Below, in pieces: positions 29,871-39,413 of a stretch of DNA of 64,000 nucleotides. The position numbers were made by a program, and so were the translations under genes. Below the pieces are notes generated by a model. It ran no database searches. It was not told the DNA's origin and saw nothing but the letters and a program-made list of their open reading frames with translations. The DNA is from a virus (Duplodnaviria > Caudoviricetes): the IMG/VR virus record IMGVR_UViG_3300013121_000023, positions 96,001 to 160,000 of that record; one strand, 5' to 3'. Every line of letters starts with the position of its first letter. The stretch's first letter is position 1.

Positions 29871-30016
29871 GAGACCCGAGTTACTGCACCATTGTCCTTG
29901 TTAGGACTGGTTTTGGTTACCAGTTGCCGACCACCGGCACCTACCCCTTATACGGGGTAGCTAGGATTCGAACCTAGTTTTTGGGGTTGCGTGTAGGATG
30001 CAGTTGTTTGGGTCTC
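29871..30016 (-). ncRNA. circularly permuted tRNA-like RNA inside a long closing stem (Y RNA-like)
   Basis: order T arm, closed acceptor hairpin, D arm, anticodon arm; ends paired GAGACCC/GGGTCTC and ACTGCA/TGCAGT. Confidence 0.7.
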
Positions 30017-30018
30017 GG

Positions 30019-30100
30019 TGCTGAGAGAGGGACTCGAACCCTCACGGTTTTACCCGCCGGTACCTAAAACCGGGGCGTCTACCTATTCCGCCACCTCAGC
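30019..30100 (-). tRNA. tRNA-Leu(UAG)
   Basis: CCGGT-TTTAGGT-ACCGG; long variable arm. Confidence 0.9.
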
Positions 30101-30174
30101 AAGAAAGGGTGTAAGTAACGTGTGTAGGGACGAACGGCGAAGAACATCCAAGTACTCACGTTAAGCACACCCTG

Positions 30175-30253
30175 TGGGGTAGATAGGGATCGCACCTATC
30201 AGCTCTGGGCAGCGGTTTTACAGACCGCCTGAAGCACTAGCTTCGTCTACCCC
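30175..30253 (-). tRNA. tRNA-Tyr(GUA), atypical D and T loops
   Basis: GGGGTAG/CTACCCC; GCGGT-CTGTAAA-ACCGC; T loop TGCGATC. Confidence 0.75.
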
Positions 30254-30350
30254 TGGCGCGCTGGCTTTCATAGAACGTTGCTGTACAGCAGCTACAGCTA
30301 ACTACGAGCAGAGTCGTAACACTCTGACTCAAGCCGCGCAATCATTTTTA

Positions 30351-30842
30351 TAAAGCTCTTCTTTTTTCTTTTGTAAAGAAGTCCAAGAGGTCTTGTGGAG
30401 AAGTAGCGCTTGGAACCAAGTCCGCCGAGCCTGGGTATTTGGCGGCCTTTAGGACGAACACAACGGATTCAGAGCAAAACATTGCGTGAGTGGTGTCAAA
30501 TGGGTTTCTCCATTTCATTTTTAGCCACTTACCTATTTGTACAAAGAATGCGCCTATTAGACCTGTGTAGTCATATCCACCACCTAGCCAATCTGTAGCC
30601 ACACGCACACCCTCATCTAGCGGTTCTTGCGGAGTTATTATTTCTACTATGTCGTGTGTTTCTGCAAACCTAGAAAAGGAGGTCAACTTGAATCCTCCCT
30701 TTGTAGCTTCCATAACCATGGATTTACCTAGAAATGCATTTTCTATGATAAGCCATACGTGACTTACACGGCTCTTTGTGACCGCGCGTATGATTCTAGA
30801 TATGACGTTGTTTTTGCTAGTAGAGAATCCTATTCTGACCAC
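30351..30842 (-). CDS. permuted papain-like NlpC/P60 (YiiX/YaeF-like) enzyme
   Basis: SHV..YDY..FCSE..P.DL; ends TTA TAA. Confidence 0.8.
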
Positions 30843-30846
30843 AGTA

Positions 30847-31146
30847 TCACCTCCAGTTGTCTAGCGCGTGCCATATAAACAACAACCCCACTACACACGT
30901 AAGAGGATCTGATATCCACGAATTCCAAAAACTCTCTGGTGTCAGCCATAGATTAGGCCATTTCTTCTCAGCGAACTTTTCAAATATTTCCCAAACAAAG
31001 GCCAAACCTAGGCATACACCCATAGCAATGTTTCTGTCTGCTCTTATTGCCCAAGTGTTAGACCCTATAAACACCCAGAAACAGAAGTGCACTATCGACC
31101 ATACGTCAAATAGTGCATACCCAGCGCGGCCTATGAACCAGCTCAT
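30847..31146 (-). CDS. small membrane protein
   Basis: WSIVHF..WE..E..ES..NS..D with three TM segments. Confidence 0.65.
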   Translation of the reverse strand: MSWFIGRAGYALFDVWSIVHFCFWVFIGSNTWAIRADRNIAMGVCLGLAFVWEIFEKFAEKKWPNLWLTPESFWNSWISDPLTCVVGLLFIWHALDNWR

Positions 31147-31940
31147 GTCTTTGCTCTCCCTAGATCTAGCCAGAAGGCTACTTTGAGTCCTTCATGCGCT
31201 GTGTGGTTATGTACCCATACTCGGAACTTCCAGTGAGGTAGAAGCAGCTTCGTCTCTATGGCTGCTAGCGTAAGAGTCTGCTGGCTGCTCGTCCCATGCA
31301 TAGGAATAGAACGCGCGTGAGTAACAAGCGTTACCTCGGTAGCGAGTAGGTTAAATCTCCCCTTTTTCTCGTAATTGGGGGATATCGCACCTCTGCCTAT
31401 CAGCGGAGGATCTGTACCGCCATCTGTCCAATTCCAGAAGCAGTATCCCTCTGTTTGATCTACCCAGTCGTCGCCGTAAGGAATGGGCACCGCTGTATCT
31501 AGGTCTACGTTGTGCGTGCCTGCTCCTGGGGCGCCTGCTGTCCAAGGCACTATCAAAAGACCATTTTGATCTGGGAGTCCGGTTAGGTGGTTAACCCTCA
31601 TACAGTTACCATCTAGCCCTGGCGCCTCTACAACAGTAGACGCTGGGGCGATCAGCTGTAGAGAGCAGGTATCACCGAACTCTGCGCCTCTAGGCACAAG
31701 AGACCCACCAGCAATCCAAACCGGGTCTACAAAGCCAAATTCGAACGGGGCGGTATTGTTGCTCCCGTTCAAATTGTTAGGCGAAGCGTCTACCTCAAAC
31801 ATAGGGCCCGTACCACGGGCAGCATCCAAGTTTGGGTTAGCTAGGTCGTCGGCCTGACCGGTAAGATACCTGTAGTTCTTGTCCGGGTAGATATTAGGTG
31901 CATGAAAAGGCTTACCGTCAAATGCGCGCGGAACACCCAT
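31143..31940 (-). CDS. hypothetical structural protein
   Basis: 265 aa in structural operon. Confidence 0.6.
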   Translation of the reverse strand: MGVPRAFDGKPFHAPNIYPDKNYRYLTGQADDLANPNLDAARGTGPMFEVDASPNNLNGSNNTAPFEFGFVDPVWIAGGSLVPRGAEFGDTCSLQLIAPASTVVEAPGLDGNCMRVNHLTGLPDQNGLLIVPWTAGAPGAGTHNVDLDTAVPIPYGDDWVDQTEGYCFWNWTDGGTDPPLIGRGAISPNYEKKGRFNLLATEVTLVTHARSIPMHGTSSQQTLTLAAIETKLLLPHWKFRVWVHNHTAHEGLKVAFWLDLGRAKT

Positions 31941-31942
31941 GG

Positions 31943-32587
31943 TTACACCTGCGTAAAGACGAAGATGACATCAAACGCTCCCTGAGTCGTATTTGTCACG
32001 AACTTCAGGTGGATACCCTGACCGGCCCTTATGGTAATCGGCTTCTGTACAGGGTCTCTCTTAGCTCTAGCTGGCAAGAAGTTGGCGATGGCCTGCTGCG
32101 CACCTTCTTGGTCTAGTGTACCAGGGCCCCACTCATCAGTAGATATCCTGATGATATCTAGAGGCTGGGCTTCTTCTGTGCCGCCCAATGTAGCACCGGT
32201 ATGCATCACAATACCTGCGCCAAGAGAATCATCCGTATCATGTGCTCTAGGCGTAACAGCCGTACCACCAGTAGGGGCGACTGTATGTGACCACCGTACC
32301 AAGTTGAACTGTCCCGCAACGCCTGTAACCGCCGTAGTTTGGGAATTTCTCAGGTAGTACTCTCGTAGCTTCACTACCTTTGTAGAACCTACGGGATTAT
32401 ACAGAGACAGCATTGACTTGTTGAGAGTCAGAGCTGCGCCAACGGCGATACTGGTAAACGTAGCTTCTTCCGTAGGGGCCTGTGTAACAGCAAACCTGTA
32501 CACACCATTATCTAGGATGATGTTTACAGGGTTGCCGCTGGGATCGCGTACTACGACATCTCCCTCTATTACTGAGAAGGCGCCCAT
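31943..32587 (-). CDS. hypothetical structural protein
   Basis: 214 aa; ATG overlaps upstream TTA. Confidence 0.6.
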   Translation of the reverse strand: MGAFSVIEGDVVVRDPSGNPVNIILDNGVYRFAVTQAPTEEATFTSIAVGAALTLNKSMLSLYNPVGSTKVVKLREYYLRNSQTTAVTGVAGQFNLVRWSHTVAPTGGTAVTPRAHDTDDSLGAGIVMHTGATLGGTEEAQPLDIIRISTDEWGPGTLDQEGAQQAIANFLPARAKRDPVQKPITIRAGQGIHLKFVTNTTQGAFDVIFVFTQV

Positions 32588-33132
32588 AACGTCTCCGTGG
32601 TGGTGATGCTGGTAACGCTTCCACCTGCTCGTGTAAACACATGTGTGAGCGTCTGCACCAAAACGCCAGACCCATCGTACTGATTTTCTACTACTTGGCT
32701 CACAAGGCCGCCAGTTCTTGTAAGAATAGCCTCTCGTACTTTTATGAGTTTAGCTGGGCTAGTCCACACAGTAACAGCCGCAACCCTACCGGATGTTCTA
32801 CTTATTTCCGTGTAACAAGTTTCGGCTAGATCGTGGACCAGACTATCTATTACTTCATGAGAACCTGGAGTGAGACCACCACCACCTGTAACCATGTCTG
32901 TTAGAGACACTGGTGTTGGGTTGGTGCCGTCTTTGAATTTAAGATCGTTTCCATCCCTGAATATTAGAACGCCGTAGTCTCTATTTGAAGCATCCTGCAC
33001 ATAAAGACCAGCCGACTCCAGAGCGTCCTGTTGAGGATTTATTCCAGCAGGGTAGGGAAAGTTCTGTGCATCTTGCCCACCATCTGCCGTACTTTCGGTT
33101 TTGTATACCTGAACGCGCTCTGGAGTCGGCAT
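32587..33132 (-). CDS. hypothetical structural protein ending at TTA
   Basis: GAGG SD, ATG 33132; ...TTTET then TTA overlapping next ATG. Confidence 0.6.
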
Positions 33133-33140
33133 GGCTAACC

Positions 33141-34337
33141 TCAAGGCTTCTTGCCGAAGTCGTGAATCTTGACCATCAGGTCTGTTGTGTTCTTGGCCAC
33201 TCCTACCAAGACGACGCGATTGCCGCCGCCGGGTGGAGTTGCTTGTATACCGCCTGTGGGGGCCAAGTAATAATTAGACCCAGCTGTTAGGCCACCAATT
33301 GCGATCAAACCGCTGCTGGTGTAGTTTACGGCCGCAGGGGATGTAACCGCAGCTCTAGCCAGGCCCATGACAAAGGACTTGGCGTCTGTGTCTGCTCTGG
33401 CTTTGCCAGCCGTGTTCGCGGTTGTTGTGTAGTAGATAGGATCGCCTATGGACAGGTTGTCCGCTGTCGCAGAAACAGTATCAGCCACTCTCTTATGATC
33501 GTGAATGTCACCAACATAAGATGGTGTTGTGGAAGTACCGTCTACTAGCAGATTAACGTTTGCAGCAGTAACAGCAGCGCTGGTAGCTACACCGTTTATC
33601 TCAAACAGGGAAGGCAGACCCTTGACCGATATACCAGAAGCGCCGATCTGTAGTGTCGTACCATTTAGCTTGATGGCGACACCAGCAGCAGTTACCTGAA
33701 TGGCGCCAGTAGTGCCATCCGGTTTTACGGCCAGTTTACCGTTGGGAGATACGCCAACAAACTGTAGACCTGGCGTTGTGTCTAGCTCTACAGAAAATTC
33801 GTTACCCGACAGTATAATGCCGTCACCACCTGTGTAACCGGTGGCACTGGAGAACTGGATAAACGCCAGGTTATTTGTATCTATTACAGCTGGCGCGTCT
33901 GTGGTGCAGACCCAAGCTGTGTCTGCGTACAGTGTTCCCTGTGTAGCCCACACAGCTGTATTTTCTGCGTCGCCGCCAGTAGGGAAGTCGGCCGGTCTAG
34001 ACCACGCACCGGCCGCAACAACCCAAATACCGTTTTGAGACGCTGTTGACTGGGCGGTCAAAAGAACGCGGTCACCAGCAGTGGTAGCAATGCTGTCGAT
34101 GTTTGGAGTACCAGACAGCGACGCGATGTTAGCTGTAGCTACGAGCTTTACCGGATTTTTCCAAGAAAGACCGTAAACAACGCTGTCTACGTATGCTTTC
34201 GTAGCGGCATCTCCAGCGCTTGACGGTGTTCCAAGGTTGACTACACGACCACCCTGCATATCAAGGTGATCGCCAGACGCGAAGTCAGAGAAATAGTTGT
34301 ATGTGGCGTCACGGAATACGGGTTTGTTCGTAGCCAT
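33141..34337 (-). CDS. tail fibre/head decoration-like protein
   Basis: DAATKAYVD..WK.PV..GDRVLL..Q....QNGIW fibre domain; C-terminal GLTAGSNYYL..VGVA cement-like domain. Confidence 0.7.
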   Translation of the reverse strand: MATNKPVFRDATYNYFSDFASGDHLDMQGGRVVNLGTPSSAGDAATKAYVDSVVYGLSWKNPVKLVATANIASLSGTPNIDSIATTAGDRVLLTAQSTASQNGIWVVAAGAWSRPADFPTGGDAENTAVWATQGTLYADTAWVCTTDAPAVIDTNNLAFIQFSSATGYTGGDGIILSGNEFSVELDTTPGLQFVGVSPNGKLAVKPDGTTGAIQVTAAGVAIKLNGTTLQIGASGISVKGLPSLFEINGVATSAAVTAANVNLLVDGTSTTPSYVGDIHDHKRVADTVSATADNLSIGDPIYYTTTANTAGKARADTDAKSFVMGLARAAVTSPAAVNYTSSGLIAIGGLTAGSNYYLAPTGGIQATPPGGGNRVVLVGVAKNTTDLMVKIHDFGKKP

Positions 34338-34347
34338 TTGATACCTC

Positions 34348-34758
34348 TTATGGGTGCATGTTTATGCGCCCGGTATCAACATCATACGCTACGTTGTCCC
34401 AGTTCCCTATATCGTACTTCTCACCCAAATCTTTCTTTAGCTTTTCTATTTCGGCGGTTTTGTCTTTTGATTTTTCGTTTAGAAAAGCCACTCGTTCATT
34501 TATGCCGCGCATAGTGTGCCCTACTTGAAGCTCTGTGATACGAGCTTTTAGCTTGGCCACTTCTATGCTCATAGATGCTATTGCAGCATCTTTCTCAAGC
34601 ATTGACTTGTTCAGCTCTAGGTTGTCCCTTTCAGTCTCAAGAAGATTTATCTGTAGCAGGTCTTCTTTGCTGAGATATTTAGCTGCTGGTGCATCTACCT
34701 CTGGCATTCTTGTGTTGGCGCCTTTCGATGGTTCCTCTGCAAGCATCACGTCTTCCAT
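34348..34758 (-). CDS. coiled-coil protein (possible fibre chaperone)
   Basis: heptad-rich; C-terminal L.EKY..DTG.I. Confidence 0.6.
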   Translation of the reverse strand: MEDVMLAEEPSKGANTRMPEVDAPAAKYLSKEDLLQINLLETERDNLELNKSMLEKDAAIASMSIEVAKLKARITELQVGHTMRGINERVAFLNEKSKDKTAEIEKLKKDLGEKYDIGNWDNVAYDVDTGRINMHP

Positions 34759-35234
34759 AACAGTCTCCTGTAAAGCTCTAGTGAAGGTTTCACTATGAGC
34801 GTATTTTCGTCCAAAGCCTGACCAAACGTTTGATGATAACCAGATGCAGGCGGTGTCGTAGATAGTGTGCCTGTTGCAGATACCCAGTATCTTGCATTTG
34901 GCGTAAAACCAGGTTTTTGATAAATGCCGTATATAAGTACGGCTACCTGTATCGGGTTTATGACAGCCGTAACAATACCTATAGCTGGCATTTTATTTAT
35001 GTCTGACACATCAGCTACGTCCACTGTAGGTAGGCCACCAGAAGACATGCCAGACACATACACTACGTAGCCAACGCCTGCTGTGGAGTTGTTAGCTACG
35101 ATGGTTTGGTTCAGGGGCCATAGATTAGCAAGAATAGCCTTTCTGGTTTCACCAGACTGAACGATTGGAACAAGCTCGGCACCGGTAACAGCCGATGCTG
35201 GGTTTAGTTGGCTTATCTTCCTGCTAACCGCCAT
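34758..35234 (-). CDS. structural protein ending at TTA
   Basis: KISQLNPA..GAELVPIVQSG.T.K N-terminus; PAIGIV..YWVSATG.L..TPP; TTA overlaps next ATG. Confidence 0.65.
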
Positions 35235-35238
35235 GAGT

Positions 35239-35376
35239 TAACTCTTGCAGCAGATAGCCGCCGTCTTCTTGAACTAGGTCGTCTGTATTTTCACACAGAA
35301 TATGTCCGCCCTCATCATCTTCATCTCGTACTTGGTACGGGCGGGCATGTAGGTGGGAATTCGTATGTATCGGCAT
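35239..35376 (-). CDS. 45-aa peptide starting and ending at TTA junctions
   Basis: MPIHTN...ILCENTDDLVQEDGGYLLQE then TTA 35241-35239, 4 nt before next ATG. Confidence 0.55.
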
Positions 35377-37952
35377 AACCAGTCATCCTTCTTTTGGGGC
35401 GCGCTCCAACCATCGCCTTCTACAGACTCTTCTAGCTTAGATACCTGTTTGCGCAATCTACGCAACTTAGATATATCGGAGTCTTCTTTCCATTTCTTAG
35501 CTGCATCCAACTGAGACAGGGCCATCCTGCTTATGTCTCTATCCCATACTGCGTTCGATACTGATTTGCCCAACAAACCAGCTATCTGTGTACCTGCCAA
35601 TAGAGTTGCTAGTCCCCTAGTTTTTGGATTTTCAAATCCTCTTACGTAGGCTGGTACGGTCATCAGGGCTGATAGGCCGGCTTTTGGAGCGTTCTCTCTC
35701 AGATCTTCCACTGTTTGCCCTAGAAGGGATCTTCTAGCTACCTCTTCAAGAGCGTTTGCTTTAGCCGGGCTTTTATTAGCCTCAACCGCCAGATTTTTTA
35801 TTAGACTAGGTGCGTAGCTCTCCGCCATAAGACCACCTAGAGCACCAGCACCAGCACCAGCTAGTAGGCTAGTAGCGGTTGGTACAAATAGAGACGATCT
35901 TACGGTTCGTTCATCGACGTTTCTGTTGAGAAGATTGGGTAGCAGCGCACCGCTAAACATCCCCACTACTGGGTTTATAGCGCTAAAACCAACACGACCG
36001 GCACTGGCTAGTTGTAGGCGCAGTTTATTTGCCGCCAATTCGTTCTTACCCTCATCTGTCATCTTAAAGTTGGCGCTACCGGCTGTCTTTAGGAAACCTA
36101 TAGACTTTTTGAAATCGTCCATAGGAACTGAATCTATACGGCCTATTATGGTGTCTTTGTAGGCAGGACTACTGTGAGCTAGAAACATCTTCCTGGCTTC
36201 TCCCTCAGAGTTAAATCCTAGCATTACTTTGTTTTCGTCGAACTTGCCGTTCAACATTTGCTTTATGATGAATGCTTTATCAGCATTTTTGTTCGGGCCT
36301 AGATATACGTCTGTCTCCTCTCCGTCTTTGTCTTTCGTGCCAGGTATAAAGCCGTAGTCTGTCTTGTACTTTCTGGTCCAGGCAGGCAGACCGTTCTTAC
36401 CGTCAAACTTCTGTAGGAATCCCTTTGGTCTATCTACATGGACAGGAATTCCTTGAAATTCAGTTTTCTTGTGTACCTTGTCTGACGCTGTTTTCTCGTG
36501 CTGCGGAAGAAGATCTCTGAATTGCTTTATCAGGTCTTCTTTCTTTTGCGACATATCTGACAAGTACTCGTCAACTGCCTTATCAGGAGTTCTCTTTAGC
36601 CACTTTTCATTGAACCTGGTTATCAAACCTTTTGGCCGAACACCTAGGTAGTGCTCGATCAACACTTTTCTTTCTTCTGGGGGAAGATCTGCGTGGCTGC
36701 CGTATCTGGCCGCTCTACCTTCTAGTTGCTTCAGCTTTTCTCTGTTCCAGTGTGGGTCTAGTATCTGTACCAACCTGGTACCTTTCAGGTCCAACCCCTC
36801 ACCGCCAGCAGATGACACCAACAGTGCTCGCAGCTTACCCTCGTTGTAATCACGCACCATTTGGTCTCGTTTACTGTGCGCTATATCACCCGTAAACTCA
36901 CCGAAAGGTACACCAGCTTCTTGTAGCTTTGCTTTGTACGGGTTTATGCCCGATTCCAGCCAGTTCGAGTAAACCAGAGCCTTCGCCCTAGGGTTTTCAT
37001 CGATCATTTTCTTTAGTGTTTCGAAGGCTTTGTCTATCTTAGGCTGGTGTATGACAGCATCTTCCTTGGAAAGCCCCGCTGTGGTGTTCACAGCTTGTCT
37101 GGCCGAACCAAGAAAGTTGTTCATCATGGCAGACTCCTGCTTGCTGGGAGGCAGGCCTCTTTTGACCTTTGCGGCCACCCATGGGGGCGCTTGACCCATG
37201 AGGGTGTCATATAGCTTCAGCTGGTCAGGAGTAAGTTCTACCTGTACCTGCTTGGTCTCCACATCGGGAAAGTTGTCTTTTGTCCCCGGATGGTAGTCAA
37301 CCCATTTACTGAACTTCTGTTTCAGTTCTGGTGCTTTTCTGTCGTAAAGAACCTGAATCGTTCCAGGCGTAGCTTGGTTTATATGCTTGTCCCAAAAAGA
37401 CGGCTTCACTACCTTTTCAGTTATGTACGCAGATTCGAAGTCTTTTCTGTCGTGCGGCAGTATCTTTGCATTAGCGGCAAGGTTTATGAGTGGAGCTATA
37501 TCAGCTGGATGATTGTAGAAAGGGCTACCAGTAAGCAGAAGTCTCTTATCCGCCTGTGCCCCCAAGTTTTTTATTGCTCGAAAGGTAGCGCTACCTATGT
37601 CCCTAGCTCTGTGCGCTTCGTCCACAATCATAAGTGGGTTTTCTTCTGTGGTTCCTTTCGCAGCTAGATTCTGAATGCTCTCTATATGAGCCGGCTGCTT
37701 ATGCCCCTTCAGATGCTTGGCCCTCTCTTTAGCGTAGTTGTCCCTAAGCGCGGCTGGAACAACAACGGTGCTAGGTACCCCCAGAGCATCTTGTGCAGCT
37801 ATGCTTGAAAGAGTCTTACCGCTACCCAGACCATGAACAACCAACAACCCAGGTTGGTCTTCTTTCTGAATGCGATCTACTACACGTTGTTGATGAGGCA
37901 ACAACGGTGTTTTTACCTCAGCTATCTTTAGCAAATCGTCGAGTAGTCCCAT
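35376..37952 (-). CDS. SNF2-family helicase fused to pyrophosphatase-like and membrane domains, ending at TTA
   Basis: HGLGSGKT, DEAH, LTGSP, GGEGLDL, QLEGRAAR; YGFIPGTKDKDGEETDVYLG..DENKVMLGF; hydrophobic C-terminus. Confidence 0.85.
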
Positions 37953-37974
37953 AAAGGCATCATACCCGATTTGA

Positions 37975-38016
37975 GTAGCTAAAAAACACAAAGTTATGTT
38001 TCAAACTTTGTGTCAA
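37975..38016 (-). terminator. intrinsic terminator
   Basis: ACACAAAGTT..AACTTTGTGT plus TTTTTTAGCTA on minus strand. Confidence 0.7.
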
Positions 38017-38022
38017 AGATGG

Positions 38023-38520
38023 CTACATGAACCAAAGACCTTCGTCTTCTAGCGAAGCTACTTTTAGGTCTGTTACGTTAGTTGCTGTTACTGCTTTTAT
38101 CACTGTCGTCTTTGTTATTCGCGCTTTCGTTGGTTTTCTTTTACGTACAAGAACATACTCTAGAAATGGTCTTGGATTATCTCTAAGGTAGTTATACACA
38201 GAATCCCATTCTTCTTTCGTCAAGCCGTATCTTGACGTTTTATAACTCGCATTAGCTGTCATTGCGTTCTTGAGTTGTAGCTCAAGGTCGAGCACGGCCC
38301 CCAATAGCTTATTGCGACAGTAACCACTTCGCCTTTCTGCTTCTCCCACTGTTATTATATTCGGCTTTGGTATCTTTATTCCCATAGACCTGGCTTTTAC
38401 TATTATAGACCTTTCTGTTTTTGGGTACCCCATTGCTCTAAGTGCTTGTTTAGCTGCGTTTACATTTGGCATCTTTGTTATTAGAACTCCTACCATAATA
38501 GGATTCCATCTGGTTTTCAT
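38023..38520 (-). CDS. basic hypothetical protein (possible DNA-binding)
   Basis: KTERSIIVKARSMGI helix-turn-helix-like segment. Confidence 0.55.
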   Translation of the reverse strand: MKTRWNPIMVGVLITKMPNVNAAKQALRAMGYPKTERSIIVKARSMGIKIPKPNIITVGEAERRSGYCRNKLLGAVLDLELQLKNAMTANASYKTSRYGLTKEEWDSVYNYLRDNPRPFLEYVLVRKRKPTKARITKTTVIKAVTATNVTDLKVASLEDEGLWFM

Positions 38521-39056
38521 ACAGACCTCTTTTTGTTTGGGGCAAACGAAAATCTTGTTATCTGTGATTTAGCTATAGCGTATATTTCTTCTTGTGATTT
38601 GCCTTCAACTACAACATAATCGGTTATTAGGTAGTTTTTGTCACGCCTTCCTATGGCGCGTTTACCGCTAATTACAAAACTGTAGTTGTAAGTGTTTGCT
38701 ATTACAGCGAGTTTGTTTTTATTCGCGACGTGCTCTAGTATGTATTCTGGTGCGAACACTTCTGTTAGGAATTCTGTGTCTATTATTCTACCTGCACTAA
38801 TTGGTACTCCTGCGCCTACGTATACCGCAATATATTTGCTTTCTGGTATACACAACTCGATAGACCTAGATACAGAATCGCTGTTTTCTTCGAAGAAAAA
38901 CCAAAGCATCGCATGATTAAAAATTCTGTACAATATCTCCATGCGTCTATTTGTGGATTCTTTAGCTGTTATGCTGATTGCTTTATGTACGTAGGCACTC
39001 AACTCTAGTACGCTATTTGCATCTTCTATAAGATCTATAGTACTTCTGTTAGCCAA
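38517..39056 (-). CDS. hypothetical protein (APEY family)
   Basis: IFNHAMLWFF..FAPEYI. Confidence 0.55.
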   Translation of the reverse strand: MANRSTIDLIEDANSVLELSAYVHKAISITAKESTNRRMEILYRIFNHAMLWFFFEENSDSVSRSIELCIPESKYIAVYVGAGVPISAGRIIDTEFLTEVFAPEYILEHVANKNKLAVIANTYNYSFVISGKRAIGRRDKNYLITDYVVVEGKSQEEIYAIAKSQITRFSFAPNKKRSV

Positions 39057-39394
39057 TCAGGTGCGCTCCATTTTGGCGGGTACACATCCACGTAATAGCC
39101 ACGTATCTCTGCTAGTACTTCATTTGTTACTTCTATTATTTCCATTGTGTGATCGTTCAAGTCCATTTCATCGCAGTGTACGTATAGATATCCTTCTTTT
39201 CTATAAAACGTTCCGCTGTAACCTATATGTCCACAAAACCGATAGCTTTCTACCGGGTACTCTATCCTTGTAAAAGCATCTACAAAGTAACCTATGTTCA
39301 GGTCGTCTGTAGCTGCGCCAGCATACTGTTCCAGCACTAGGTGTACATCTTTGTATATGGGTACCAGTGGTTCGTAATAGGTGAACTTGTGCAT
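39035..39394 (-). CDS. hypothetical phage protein
   Basis: YRFCGHIGYSGTFY motif. Confidence 0.65.
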   Translation of the reverse strand: MHKFTYYEPLVPIYKDVHLVLEQYAGAATDDLNIGYFVDAFTRIEYPVESYRFCGHIGYSGTFYRKEGYLYVHCDEMDLNDHTMEIIEVTNEVLAEIRGYYVDVYPPKWSAPDWLTEVL

Positions 39395-39413
39395 CTTTTT
39401 AGCGTTTCGTTAG

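Noticed and set aside
29871-30016. Two-piece permuted tmRNA
   Set aside because: No G3:U70 alanine determinant, no CCA after the acceptor strand, too short, no tag reading frame
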